From Ignavibacteriota bacterium (lineage in GTDB: Bacteria; Bacteroidota; Ignavibacteria; UBA10030), in the NCBI GenBank assembly GCA_963701295.1, contig OY969585.1, positions 2,592,001 to 2,656,000 on the forward strand: a stretch of 64,000 bases of DNA, written 5' to 3'. Under the pieces are notes generated by a model. It made no database searches. It was given only the letters and a program-made list of their open reading frames with translations, and was not told the origin of the DNA. The translations under genes were made by a program, and so were the position numbers. The stretch's first letter is position 1, and each line of letters begins with the position of its first letter. Positions 9,675 to 19,468 of the stretch are shown here, in pieces.

Positions 9675-11468
9675 ATGAACAAAATCATGATCACATTGCT
9701 TACTTTCTTTTTTTCTATTTCAGGTTATGCGCAAGAGTCTTTCATGACATTGGGTGAACGAAGTTCCCTTAGCCTTGATGGAAGCTGGAATTATATTGTT
9801 GATCCGTACGAAAACGGTTATTACGATTACCGCTGGCAGCAAAATCCGAATGGAATTTTCAAGAACGAAAAGCCCAAAAACAAATGGGACCACATTGAAT
9901 ACAATTTTGACATATCCGATACCTTGATTGTTCCGGGTGATTGGAATTCACAAAGAAAAGAACTTTTCTTCTATGAAGGCACGATCTGGTATAAGAAGTC
10001 ATTCGATTTCAAAAAGAAGAATGACACGCGGGTTTTCTTGCGCTTCGGAGCTGCGAACTACTTTGCCATAGTGTATCTCAACGGAGAAAAACTTGGTGAA
10101 CACGAAGGCGGGTTTACTCCGTTCAGTTTTGAAATAACGGACCTTATTCAGGAAAAGGACAATTTCATCGTTGTGAAGGTTGATAATAAGCGCTGTGCTG
10201 AATGTGTCCCAACACTGAATACGGACTGGTGGAACTATGGTGGCCTGACACGAAGTGTGGGCATCATAGAGACTCCAGCGACGTTCATCAGTGATTACGT
10301 TGTGCAATTGAAAAAAGAATCTACAGGCTATATCTCCGGTTGGATACAATTGAATGGTTCTAAACTTTATCAGGAAGTCAGCATTGTTCTGCGAGATACA
10401 GACATTCGGCGGCGATTTACAACAGATTCAAGCGGATTTGTGAAATTTTCTTTTCCGGCATCAGTGAAATTCTGGTCTCCCGAAAATCCGGTACTACACA
10501 AAGTAACAATTTCTTCAGAAACAGATACTGTTGCCAGTAGCATTGGATTCCGAACGATCGAAACGAAGGGAACACAGATACTTCTCAATGGCAAGCCGGT
10601 TTTTCTGAGAGGTATTTCCATTCATGAAGAAGCTCCTTTCCGGTCAGGACGGGCGAACAGTGTTCAAGATGCGCGTACATTGCTCGGGTGGGCAAAGGAA
10701 TTGGGATGCAACTTTGTTCGGCTGGCGCATTATCCTCATAATGAAAACATGGTGAAAGAGGCAGACCGTCTCGGGTTGATGGTTTGGTCTGAAATTCCGG
10801 TCTATTGGACAATCCGGTGGGAGAACGATCAGACATTTAAAAATGCATCACAGCAGCTCTCCGAAATGATTTCGCGCGACAGAAATCGGGCATCGATTAT
10901 TTGTTGGTCTGTTTCCAACGAAACTCCCTTGAGTGCACCGCGATTAGAATTTCTCAAAGGCTTGGTGCGACAGGCACGAGAAATGGATCCAACAAGGCTT
11001 CTCACTGCTGCAATGGAACGCCACTATATCGATTCAACGACACAAATGATTGATGACCCGCTTGGAGAGTTTGTCGATGTGCTTGGGTGCAATGAATATA
11101 TCGGTTGGTACGACGGGCTGCCGCAAAAAACTGATGCCATCCGATGGAAAACAGTTTTCAATAAGCCGCTCATTATGAGTGAATTCGGTTGCAGCGCGCT
11201 CTTTGGGTATCATGCAGATTCGCTGACAGCATGGAGTGAAGATTTTCAAGAGTCACTATACATACATCAGATTGCCATGCTGCAGAAGATTCCATTCTTG
11301 AGCGGGATGAGTCCATGGATTCTCATGGATTTTCGTTCGCCGCGCAGGCAATTGCCGGGAATTCAGGACTTTCGGAACAGGAAGGGATTACTTTCTGAAA
11401 AGGGAGAAAAAAAGAAAGCATTCTACGTGCTTAAGAGATATTACAAAGAACTCCAGCAGGGACGATAG
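9675..11468 (+). CDS. uidA: GH2 beta-glucuronidase (secreted)
   Basis: RLAHYPH, SNE acid/base, SEFG nucleophile, NRKG glucuronide-binding motif; signal peptide. Confidence 0.85.
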   Translation: MNKIMITLLTFFFSISGYAQESFMTLGERSSLSLDGSWNYIVDPYENGYYDYRWQQNPNGIFKNEKPKNKWDHIEYNFDISDTLIVPGDWNSQRKELFFYEGTIWYKKSFDFKKKNDTRVFLRFGAANYFAIVYLNGEKLGEHEGGFTPFSFEITDLIQEKDNFIVVKVDNKRCAECVPTLNTDWWNYGGLTRSVGIIETPATFISDYVVQLKKESTGYISGWIQLNGSKLYQEVSIVLRDTDIRRRFTTDSSGFVKFSFPASVKFWSPENPVLHKVTISSETDTVASSIGFRTIETKGTQILLNGKPVFLRGISIHEEAPFRSGRANSVQDARTLLGWAKELGCNFVRLAHYPHNENMVKEADRLGLMVWSEIPVYWTIRWENDQTFKNASQQLSEMISRDRNRASIICWSVSNETPLSAPRLEFLKGLVRQAREMDPTRLLTAAMERHYIDSTTQMIDDPLGEFVDVLGCNEYIGWYDGLPQKTDAIRWKTVFNKPLIMSEFGCSALFGYHADSLTAWSEDFQESLYIHQIAMLQKIPFLSGMSPWILMDFRSPRRQLPGIQDFRNRKGLLSEKGEKKKAFYVLKRYYKELQQGR

Positions 11469-11551
11469 CTGTGGAAAATCGATTCAAAGCAAATGATTTT
11501 GTAGCAGCAATCGATGATCGCGGAAATAGAATTGCTTAACGGAGATGTGAG

Positions 11552-12466
11552 ATGGAGACACGAAAAATTAAGAAGGTCTTCAAAAGTCAGTCTGTTCTTG
11601 AAGGAGCGGGAGTTCGTCTCAAACGGGCGATGGGAAATAAAGAAGTGCCTCAATTCGATCCATTCCTTCTATTAGATGATTTTCGTTCCGATCATCCGGA
11701 TGATTATATCAAAGGATTTCCCTGGCATCCTCATCGGGGAATTGAGACGATCACATATATGCTCAAGGGAAGCGTAGAACACAAAGACAGTATGGGCAAC
11801 AGCGGTACCATTTCTTTGGGTGATGTTCAATGGATGACGGCAGGCAGCGGAATTATACATCAGGAAATGCCGAAAGCTGGCACTGGCGGCGCGATGTACG
11901 GGTTTCAACTCTGGGCAAATCTTCCAGCTTCTCACAAAATGATGGATCCGCGGTATCAGGAAGTTAAACAGGTGGATATTCCAGACGTGGTTCTGGAGAA
12001 TGGAACGAAGATAAAACTCATTTGCGGCTCTTACAAGAAAACAAAGGGACCTGTACAGGATATTATTGTCGATCCAGAGTATCTCGATATTACTGTGCCA
12101 TCAAGTTCGGAATTTATACACGCGACGAAGAGGGGATATACGGTCTTCGCTTATGTGATCGAAGGGCGAGGATTTCTGAGCAAAGAGAGGGAGTCCTTTT
12201 CCTATGAAGCAGATGGAGTCAATTATTTTGATATCGTGCGCGAACCGTACGCATCCAATGGCACCCTTACCCTGTTTAATGAGGGCGATCAAATCGAGGT
12301 TCAAACAGAAGATCAGCCTATAAGATTTCTCCTGATCTCCGGAAAACCGATCGGTGAGCCTATTGCATGGTACGGACCGGTGGTGATGAATACACAACAA
12401 GAATTGGAAATTGCTTTTCGGGAATACCAAAACAATACATTTGTGAAGAAAGGGAAGTCCTCGTAG
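11552..12466 (+). CDS. Pirin-family protein
   Basis: DPFLLLD, GFPWHPHRGIETITY, WMTAGSGIIHQE, GPVVMNT motifs. Confidence 0.93.
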   Translation: METRKIKKVFKSQSVLEGAGVRLKRAMGNKEVPQFDPFLLLDDFRSDHPDDYIKGFPWHPHRGIETITYMLKGSVEHKDSMGNSGTISLGDVQWMTAGSGIIHQEMPKAGTGGAMYGFQLWANLPASHKMMDPRYQEVKQVDIPDVVLENGTKIKLICGSYKKTKGPVQDIIVDPEYLDITVPSSSEFIHATKRGYTVFAYVIEGRGFLSKERESFSYEADGVNYFDIVREPYASNGTLTLFNEGDQIEVQTEDQPIRFLLISGKPIGEPIAWYGPVVMNTQQELEIAFREYQNNTFVKKGKSS

Positions 12467-12580
12467 GATCGTTCGGCTTTATGTCCTTATAACAGCAACA
12501 AGAAATGCAGGTTGCAGGAATAAGAGAATAATATAGCGAGCATGTACACATTACAAGAAGGAGAGAAGGCAATCACAGCT

Positions 12581-13084
12581 ATGGATGAACTAGTATATAG
12601 AGACGCAACTCTTCATGACTTAGAGAGAATTGTCGAGATATATAATTCGACAATCTCTTCAAGAATGGTCACTGGCGACACAGAACCTGTCTCCGTGGAA
12701 AGCAGAATACGATGGTTTCATGAACACACTCCCAATAAACGTCCTTTATGGGTTCTCGAAACCAAAAATAGGGAGATCATTGGATGGGTTAGTTTTCAGT
12801 CGTTCTTTGGCCGACCGGCGTATGATGCGACCATTGAGCTAAATATTTATTTGGACGTTTCGCACAGAAGCAAAGGATTGGGTAAGCAAGTGCTGCACCA
12901 TGCAATAGATGAAGCACCAAAATTCGGTGTGAAGACAATCTTGGTATATATTTTTGGTCATAATGAACCAAGCATAAAACTATTTAGGCGTTTTGGCTTT
13001 GAAGTCTGGGCAACACTTCCCAATATTGCTTTATTAGATGGTGTAGAAAGAAGTTTGAAAATATTTGGCAAACGTATAGCATAG
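12581..13084 (+). CDS. GNAT N-acetyltransferase (phosphinothricin acetyltransferase-like)
   Basis: IVEIYN, RSKGLGK acetyl-CoA loop, N.PSIKLF..FGF. Start placed at ATG 12581 (12542 also possible). Confidence 0.88.
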   Translation: MDELVYRDATLHDLERIVEIYNSTISSRMVTGDTEPVSVESRIRWFHEHTPNKRPLWVLETKNREIIGWVSFQSFFGRPAYDATIELNIYLDVSHRSKGLGKQVLHHAIDEAPKFGVKTILVYIFGHNEPSIKLFRRFGFEVWATLPNIALLDGVERSLKIFGKRIA

Positions 13085-13201
13085 CAAAAAAGCTTTAGAC
13101 ATCTTTTAACTTTGCTTGGGGCTGCACAGGAAAAATAGTGGAAATGACACCATCTCTTTTATCATTTCTCACAGCTATACAATCTCAATTCTTTTCTAAT
13201 C

Positions 13202-13230
13202 TTGACTCTGGCTGTGGAATATGCTATATT
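13202..13230 (+). promoter_or_regulatory. Sigma70-type promoter of HNH-trpS operon
   Basis: TTGACT-17 nt-TATATT. Confidence 0.6.
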
Positions 13231-13360
13231 TTCAATGGAAAGAACGAAATACCTCAAGAAAGATATGAGCTAATAGCTCGATTGTTCAAAAGGAGGTGCA
13301 TAGGTCTTCAGTATATTCGCAGAAACCATCGGTACAAGCACAAAATTAAGCCGGAAAGTA

Positions 13361-13849
13361 TTGGTGCTCAATCATAATTATGAGCCATTAAGCATCTGTA
13401 ATGTCAAGAAAGCTATCATCCTCTTGTATTTAGGTAAAGCCGAATTGATCGCGGCGTGCGATGGGAAAAAATTGCATTCAGTTTATATGACGATGCCCTA
13501 TCCAAGCATCATTCGCCTCTGTGTTTTTGTCCGTGTCCCTTATAAAAAGATTGTCCTCTCTCGTAAGAATATTTTGCGCCGCGATGGACATAGTTGTCAA
13601 TATTGTGGGAGAACTGACACCATGCTCACTGTGGATCATATTATCCCAAGAGCAAAGGGCGGCCCAGATTCGTGGGAAAATCTGGTAGCAGCATGTGTCT
13701 CTTGTAACAACAAAAAAGGAGACAGAACTTTGCATGAAGCAGAGATGACTCTCCTCCGTAGACCGATTCGTCCCAACCACGTGATGTTTATCCGCCATTT
13801 CGTCGGCACTGTGGATGACCATTGGAAGCCGTATTTGTTTATGAATTGA
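13361..13849 (+). CDS. HNH endonuclease (McrA/HNH_5 family)
   Basis: VLN.NYEPL, RRD..CQYCG, TVDHIIPRAKGG..WENLVAAC..CNNKKG motifs. Confidence 0.9.
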   Translation: MVLNHNYEPLSICNVKKAIILLYLGKAELIAACDGKKLHSVYMTMPYPSIIRLCVFVRVPYKKIVLSRKNILRRDGHSCQYCGRTDTMLTVDHIIPRAKGGPDSWENLVAACVSCNNKKGDRTLHEAEMTLLRRPIRPNHVMFIRHFVGTVDDHWKPYLFMN

Positions 13850-13950
13850 AATGAGTATTTGGTAATCAGGTTCCAGTTGGCAGTGCAAATATTCTGAAAA
13901 CTATAAACTGATTCCTAGCAACTGTTTTACGAAAGGAGTCTAGTGTTCTT

Positions 13951-14934
13951 TTGAGTCAGAAGAAAAAAATTATCCTTAGTGGAATGCGTCCAACAGGCAA
14001 ACTGCATCTTGGCCATCTTACAGGTGCTCTCGAAAACTGGGTTGCAATGCAGGGTGAATACCAAAATTATCATCTCATCGCCGATTATCATGCACTGACA
14101 ACAAATCCAGATACTTCTGATATTTACAATAATTCCATCGATATGCTCATCGATTGGCTTGCCGCCGGACTTGAACCTGAGCGAAGTCCAATGTTCAGAC
14201 AATCACAGATCAAAGAACATGCCGAATTACATTTGGTTTTCTCAATGCTTATTACAGCGGCACGTCTTGAACGGAACCCGACTCTCAAAGAACAAATTCG
14301 CGATCTTGAGATGGACAGTGTGGTCTATGGACATCTCGGATACCCGGTGCTGCAAGCTGCTGATATTTTGCTCTACAAAGGCGATGTTGTTCCTGTTGGT
14401 GAAGACCAATTACCGCATATCGAGATTACACGCGAAATTGCAAGGCGTTTTAATGCACAATATGCACCAGTATTTCCAGAACCTGAAGGGAAGATTACAA
14501 AGTTTGCACGTTTACCCGGACTCGATGGTAAACGAATGAGCAAATCAATTGGAAATACGATATTGCTATCAGACCTGCCGGAAGCAATCATAAAAAAATT
14601 GAAAACTGCGGTTACGGATCCGCAGAAAATACGAAAAGGTGATCCGGGACATCCGGATGTGTGCTTGGTGTATGCGTATCACAATAAATTTAATCCAAGA
14701 GAAGTACTGGAGATTCGTGCCAATTGTGAGAGTGGAAAACTCGGATGCGTTGATTGCAAAATGAACTGCGCAAAAAGAATTATCGATACGCTGAGACCAA
14801 ACCGTGAAAAGCGCACTTATTATGAATCGCATATGGATGAAGTAAAAAATATTCTTGCAGACGGTGAACGGCGCGCAAAAGCAATCGCGAAACAGACAAT
14901 GGCTGAAGTTCATGAAGCGATGAAGCTCGGGTAA
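13951..14934 (+). CDS. trpS: Tryptophanyl-tRNA synthetase
   Basis: SGMRPTG.LHLGH, YPVLQAADIL, VGEDQ, RMSKS motifs. Confidence 0.97.
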   Translation: MSQKKKIILSGMRPTGKLHLGHLTGALENWVAMQGEYQNYHLIADYHALTTNPDTSDIYNNSIDMLIDWLAAGLEPERSPMFRQSQIKEHAELHLVFSMLITAARLERNPTLKEQIRDLEMDSVVYGHLGYPVLQAADILLYKGDVVPVGEDQLPHIEITREIARRFNAQYAPVFPEPEGKITKFARLPGLDGKRMSKSIGNTILLSDLPEAIIKKLKTAVTDPQKIRKGDPGHPDVCLVYAYHNKFNPREVLEIRANCESGKLGCVDCKMNCAKRIIDTLRPNREKRTYYESHMDEVKNILADGERRAKAIAKQTMAEVHEAMKLG

Positions 14935-14936
14935 CT

Positions 14937-15653
14937 ATGTATACAATTAAACTCCTTGACTTTGAAGGTCCTCTGGATCTTTTGCTTTTCTTCATTAAGC
15001 GGGATGAATTGGATATCTACGACATTCCGATTGCTCGAATTACGAAGGAATTTTTAGAATATCTCCATTACATGCATCAGCTCGATTTAGAAATTGCAGG
15101 CGAATTCCTTGTTATGGCGGCAGAACTGATGCAAATTAAGGTCAGATTACTTCTCCCACCGGAACCAGGCGAAGAAGAAGAAGCTGACCCGCGCGCTCAT
15201 TTAGTGCAACGGTTGGTGGAATACAAACGCTTCAAAGAAATGTCGATAGAGATGAAGAGACGTGAAGATGAACAAATAAAAGTATGTTACCGTGGGTATC
15301 ATTCTGCGGATGAACATGTGGTAGAAGAAGAAACAGGCGAAGATATGATCCGCGATGTGACATTCTTCGATCTCATTGCGTCGTTTAAATTTGCGATGGA
15401 CCGAATGCCGAAGAAGTTTGTTCACGAAATTGAGAAAATCAATGTCACTATCGAGGAACAGATTGCCTATATCGAAGATTTCTTCTCACGGCGCTCAGAG
15501 GCAACCTTCTATGAGATGGTGAAAGATTTTGCAGAAAGAATTCGCATTATCGTAACATTCCTCGCTTTGCTTGAAGTTATCCGCTCAAAAAAACTCATCA
15601 TTCGCCAATTGCAGCCGTTTGGCGAACTTTCGATTATGAGAAATGTAGGTTAA
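14937..15653 (+). CDS. scpA: Segregation and condensation protein A
   Basis: FEGPLDLLL N-terminus and TFLALLE C-terminus. Confidence 0.95.
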   Translation: MYTIKLLDFEGPLDLLLFFIKRDELDIYDIPIARITKEFLEYLHYMHQLDLEIAGEFLVMAAELMQIKVRLLLPPEPGEEEEADPRAHLVQRLVEYKRFKEMSIEMKRREDEQIKVCYRGYHSADEHVVEEETGEDMIRDVTFFDLIASFKFAMDRMPKKFVHEIEKINVTIEEQIAYIEDFFSRRSEATFYEMVKDFAERIRIIVTFLALLEVIRSKKLIIRQLQPFGELSIMRNVG

Positions 15654-16843
15654 TGCAAGAACCAACAACGATAGAAAAAGCAGAACTGAAAATTCCAACA
15701 ACGCTGAAGGCATTGGTGGAAGCACTCATCTTTGCAGCGCATGAACCGCTTTCGATTAACCAGATTCGTGCGATCTATGAAGGTGATGATGTGCGAAATA
15801 ATGGATTAAAGCAAATTGAACCGGAGACCATCAGGCAAAGCGTAACGGATCTGAACAGAGAGTACGAAAAAAGCGATCGACCATATCGCATTGTGCAAAT
15901 TGCAGGCGGATATCAGTTCGCGACATTATCTGAGTATGCAGAGTGGCTTGGGAAACTCTATAAAGAACAGGGACGACGAAAGCTGTCGCAATCAGGTGTG
16001 GAAACACTTGCGATTGTAGCTTACAAACAGCCCATCACGAAAGCGGAGATAGAGAAAATCCGCGGAGTGAATTGTGATTATGTACTCAAGACACTGTTAG
16101 AGAAAGAATTGCTTACCGTAACTGGACGTGCGGAAAGTGTTGGCCGTCCGCTTCTCTATGGCACAACGAAGGAATTCCTAAAACACTTTGGATTGAACGA
16201 TATCACCGATCTCCCACGTCCGAGAGAGATTGAAGAAATTCTCGGTGAAAGCCAGTTCGAGACAGAGCGCAGAATGTTGGAAGCGCAAGAAGGCGCCGAG
16301 CTCATGAAGAAAGATCAGGAAGACTTCAAGTCGCGCTTACCGCATATTCCAAGGAAGAAACCGGACCTTGAAGAGAAAAATGTCGAAATCATTCAGAGTA
16401 AAAAGACACATGAGATCAGAATTGTGCCGATTGTGGATCGCAAGCTTTTAGAAGAGGCAGGACAGGAAACGATCGTATTCAACTTAGAGGATGTGCCGCC
16501 GGTAGAGCAATTACTTTCACCGTCTGTCACAGAAGAAGAATCAAAAGGGAAATCGCCGTTCATTTCTTCTCAGGAAGATATTCAGAAAGAAGTTGACGAG
16601 CAAGAATATTCTGTTCAAATGCCGAACGAATTGGTGGCTGAGCCGATTGCTGAAATCTCTAAAAATGAAGAAGAGATAATACAAGAACAAGCAATTGAAG
16701 CAGATGTACTAAAAGCTAAGACCGAGAATACAGTTAAGCGCGCAGAGGTAAACATAACAGAGGAAAAAAATATTCAACACTCAAAACGTTGGAAGGTATG
16801 GAAAGAAAGAATTCAGGGCTTCATAAAGAAACTGTTCGCCTGA
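15653..16843 (+). CDS. scpB: Segregation and condensation protein B with long C-terminal extension
   Basis: EALIFA, ETLAIVAYKQPIT, IRGV, GRPLLYGTT.EFL..FGL motifs, then about 200 extra residues. Confidence 0.93.
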   Translation: MQEPTTIEKAELKIPTTLKALVEALIFAAHEPLSINQIRAIYEGDDVRNNGLKQIEPETIRQSVTDLNREYEKSDRPYRIVQIAGGYQFATLSEYAEWLGKLYKEQGRRKLSQSGVETLAIVAYKQPITKAEIEKIRGVNCDYVLKTLLEKELLTVTGRAESVGRPLLYGTTKEFLKHFGLNDITDLPRPREIEEILGESQFETERRMLEAQEGAELMKKDQEDFKSRLPHIPRKKPDLEEKNVEIIQSKKTHEIRIVPIVDRKLLEEAGQETIVFNLEDVPPVEQLLSPSVTEEESKGKSPFISSQEDIQKEVDEQEYSVQMPNELVAEPIAEISKNEEEIIQEQAIEADVLKAKTENTVKRAEVNITEEKNIQHSKRWKVWKERIQGFIKKLFA

Positions 16844-17577
16844 ACCGTTATCTCGCCATGGCGGGTATTGGTTCCAGGAGAAAGAATGATGATTTGATTC
16901 TTTCTGGTGCAGTAAAAGTGAATGGGCGCGTTGTGCAAAAATTGGGCGTCCAAGTTCATATCGGCAGTGACAAGATTTCTATCAATGGAGAGTTGGTCAA
17001 TCTCGAAGAGAAGCTTGTCTATATCCTTCTAAACAAACCAAAAGATACCATCACAACGACGAGCGATGAAAAGGGTCGTACGACTGTCATGAAATATGTT
17101 CGCGTGAAGGAGCGTGTTTTTCCGGTCGGCAGGTTAGATAGGAATACAACAGGTGTATTGCTTTTCACGAATGACGGCGATCTTGCAAATGCATTGATCC
17201 ATCCGAAGTTTGAAATTGAAAAAATGTACCGCGTAACGCTCGATCGTCAAGTGACTGATGAGGATTTAAAAAAGCTTCGGAAAGGTGTTCGTCTTGAAGA
17301 TGGTCCGGCAAGGGCAAGCACTGCAGATATGATAGAGGGCTCCAAACGAAAGAAAGTGCTGCTTACGCTTCGGGAGGGACGAAATCGTGAAGTGCGGAGA
17401 ATGTTCGAGGTCATCGGACATGATGTACGCCAGCTTGACCGCGTTTCTTTTGCAGGGCTCACACCACTTGGGCTTCCGCGCGGAAGTTCGAGATATTTAA
17501 CTCGAAGCGAGGTCAACAACCTTAAAAAACTCACCGGCGCAATAAGCAGAAAAGAGATCGATGAGATTTCCTCATAG
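16798..17577 (+). CDS. rluB: rRNA pseudouridine synthase (RluB/RsuA family)
   Basis: S4 domain RLNRYLA..G..SRR, PVGRLD catalytic motif, EGRNREVRRM. ATG 16798 has SD ggaagg and overlaps the scpB end. Confidence 0.88.
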   Translation: MERKNSGLHKETVRLNRYLAMAGIGSRRKNDDLILSGAVKVNGRVVQKLGVQVHIGSDKISINGELVNLEEKLVYILLNKPKDTITTTSDEKGRTTVMKYVRVKERVFPVGRLDRNTTGVLLFTNDGDLANALIHPKFEIEKMYRVTLDRQVTDEDLKKLRKGVRLEDGPARASTADMIEGSKRKKVLLTLREGRNREVRRMFEVIGHDVRQLDRVSFAGLTPLGLPRGSSRYLTRSEVNNLKKLTGAISRKEIDEISS

Positions 17578-17733
17578 CAGTGGTATTCTTCTCCACCTAC
17601 ATCCTTACTCGGACAATTTGGCGCAGGGAATCTTAATGTACCAACTACTATTATATTGATTGGTTATACTTAATTTTTTATCATAACAGAAATCTTATAA
17701 GACTTTTCAATTAATCTAAAATTTGGAAGAATA

Positions 17734-19269
17734 ATGACTGACAAAAAGAAAATTCAATCGACTGAACATGAACCTGAAGACTTAAACGTGCTGATGCTTC
17801 GCCGTCGGGAGGAATTAGAACAACTGACTAAGCTCGGCATCAATCCATACCCATATGAATTTTCCAGAGATGCGTTCTCTGTCCAAATTATCGAACAATT
17901 TCGTGATGATACTCAGCAGCGCATGGTAGCAGTAGCAGGACGGATTATGTCCATTCGCAGGATGGGGAAAGCATCATTCTGCCACATTCAAGATTCGCAG
18001 GGAAGAATACAGGTGTATTTGAAACGAGACGATCTTAGCACAGTGTACGATGCTTTCAAGTTGATGGATATTGGTGACATCGTTGGTGTCAAGGGATTTG
18101 TCTTTCGAACGAAGATGGGAGAAGTATCAATTCATGCATCGGAACTTATCCTATTATCAAAATCTCTTCGTCCTTTGCCTATTGCTAAAGAAAAAATTGA
18201 TGAACAAGGGAATAAAACCGTCTATGATCCATTTTCGGACAAGGAGTTACGTTACCGCCAAAGGTATCTCGATCTTGCAGTTAATCAGAATGTGCGGCAA
18301 GTGTTTGTAAAACGAGCAAAGATCATCAGTTCTCTTCGCAGGTTTTTAGATGAGCGTGGGTATCTTGAAGTGGAAACACCTGTCTTACAGCCGATCTACG
18401 GTGGCGCATCTGCGCGGCCATTTGTTACTCATCATAACGCACTCAATGTTAAGCTTTATATGCGTATCGCAGATGAATTGTATCTTAAACGCCTCATTGT
18501 CGGCGGCTATGACGGTGTGTATGAAATCTCGAAAGATTTTCGCAATGAAGGCATGGATCGGACGCATAATCCAGAGTTCACGATGATGGAACTCTATGTT
18601 GCATATAAAGATTATCGCTGGATGATGAATTTGGTAGAGGAACTTGTTTCAACAGTAGCTATGGCAATCAACGGAACGATGATTGCGAAATTAGGAAATC
18701 ATGAAATTGATTTCACGCCGCCTTGGAAAAGGGTAACTATGTTTGATGCTATCAAGGAGAAGACCGGCAAAGATCTGAGGGGCAAAGGGGAAGATGAATT
18801 GCGAAAAATCGCGAAAGAATTGCACATCGAAGTAGATCCGAAAATAGGTACAGGCGGAATTATTGATGAAATTTTCGGTGAAAAAGTGGAACCGCATTTA
18901 ATCGAACCGACATTCATCACCGACTATCCGCTTGAGATGTCACCGCTGGCAAAGAAGCACCGCCTGGAGTTGGGATTAGTTGAGCGCTTCGAGGCAATTG
19001 TGAACGGGAAGGAATTATGCAATGCGTTTTCTGAATTGAACGATCCGCTTGATCAACGATCAAGATTTGAAGAACAGATGAGACTCCTTGATCGGGGTGA
19101 TGAAGAAGCGCAAGTACTTGATGAAGATTTCCTTCGCGCTCTTGAATATGGCATGCCGCCGACAACAGGATTGGGTATCGGTATCGATCGGCTAACTATG
19201 TTGTTGACGAATCAAGATTCGATCAGGGATGTCATCTTCTTTCCACAAATGAAATCCGAAGAGCGTTAA
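17734..19269 (+). CDS. lysS: Lysyl-tRNA synthetase (class II)
   Basis: [36 protein letters not shown] motifs. Confidence 0.97.
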   Translation: MTDKKKIQSTEHEPEDLNVLMLRRREELEQLTKLGINPYPYEFSRDAFSVQIIEQFRDDTQQRMVAVAGRIMSIRRMGKASFCHIQDSQGRIQVYLKRDDLSTVYDAFKLMDIGDIVGVKGFVFRTKMGEVSIHASELILLSKSLRPLPIAKEKIDEQGNKTVYDPFSDKELRYRQRYLDLAVNQNVRQVFVKRAKIISSLRRFLDERGYLEVETPVLQPIYGGASARPFVTHHNALNVKLYMRIADELYLKRLIVGGYDGVYEISKDFRNEGMDRTHNPEFTMMELYVAYKDYRWMMNLVEELVSTVAMAINGTMIAKLGNHEIDFTPPWKRVTMFDAIKEKTGKDLRGKGEDELRKIAKELHIEVDPKIGTGGIIDEIFGEKVEPHLIEPTFITDYPLEMSPLAKKHRLELGLVERFEAIVNGKELCNAFSELNDPLDQRSRFEEQMRLLDRGDEEAQVLDEDFLRALEYGMPPTTGLGIGIDRLTMLLTNQDSIRDVIFFPQMKSEER

Positions 19270-19468
19270 GAAAAGATGAGCTGTGAAAGTTATTTGAATA
19301 CTACAGCGACCCTCTTCATGGATATCCGTATTTAAAAAAAAGACTGTGATGGCTGTTATTTGATTTTCCATCGATTTGACGTACCTTAATATACAAAGTG
19401 CAGGAAAGTATAGTTTTGAATCAATGGAACTATTTGAAAACAAGTTGATAATTCTAAAGGAAAAAGTA

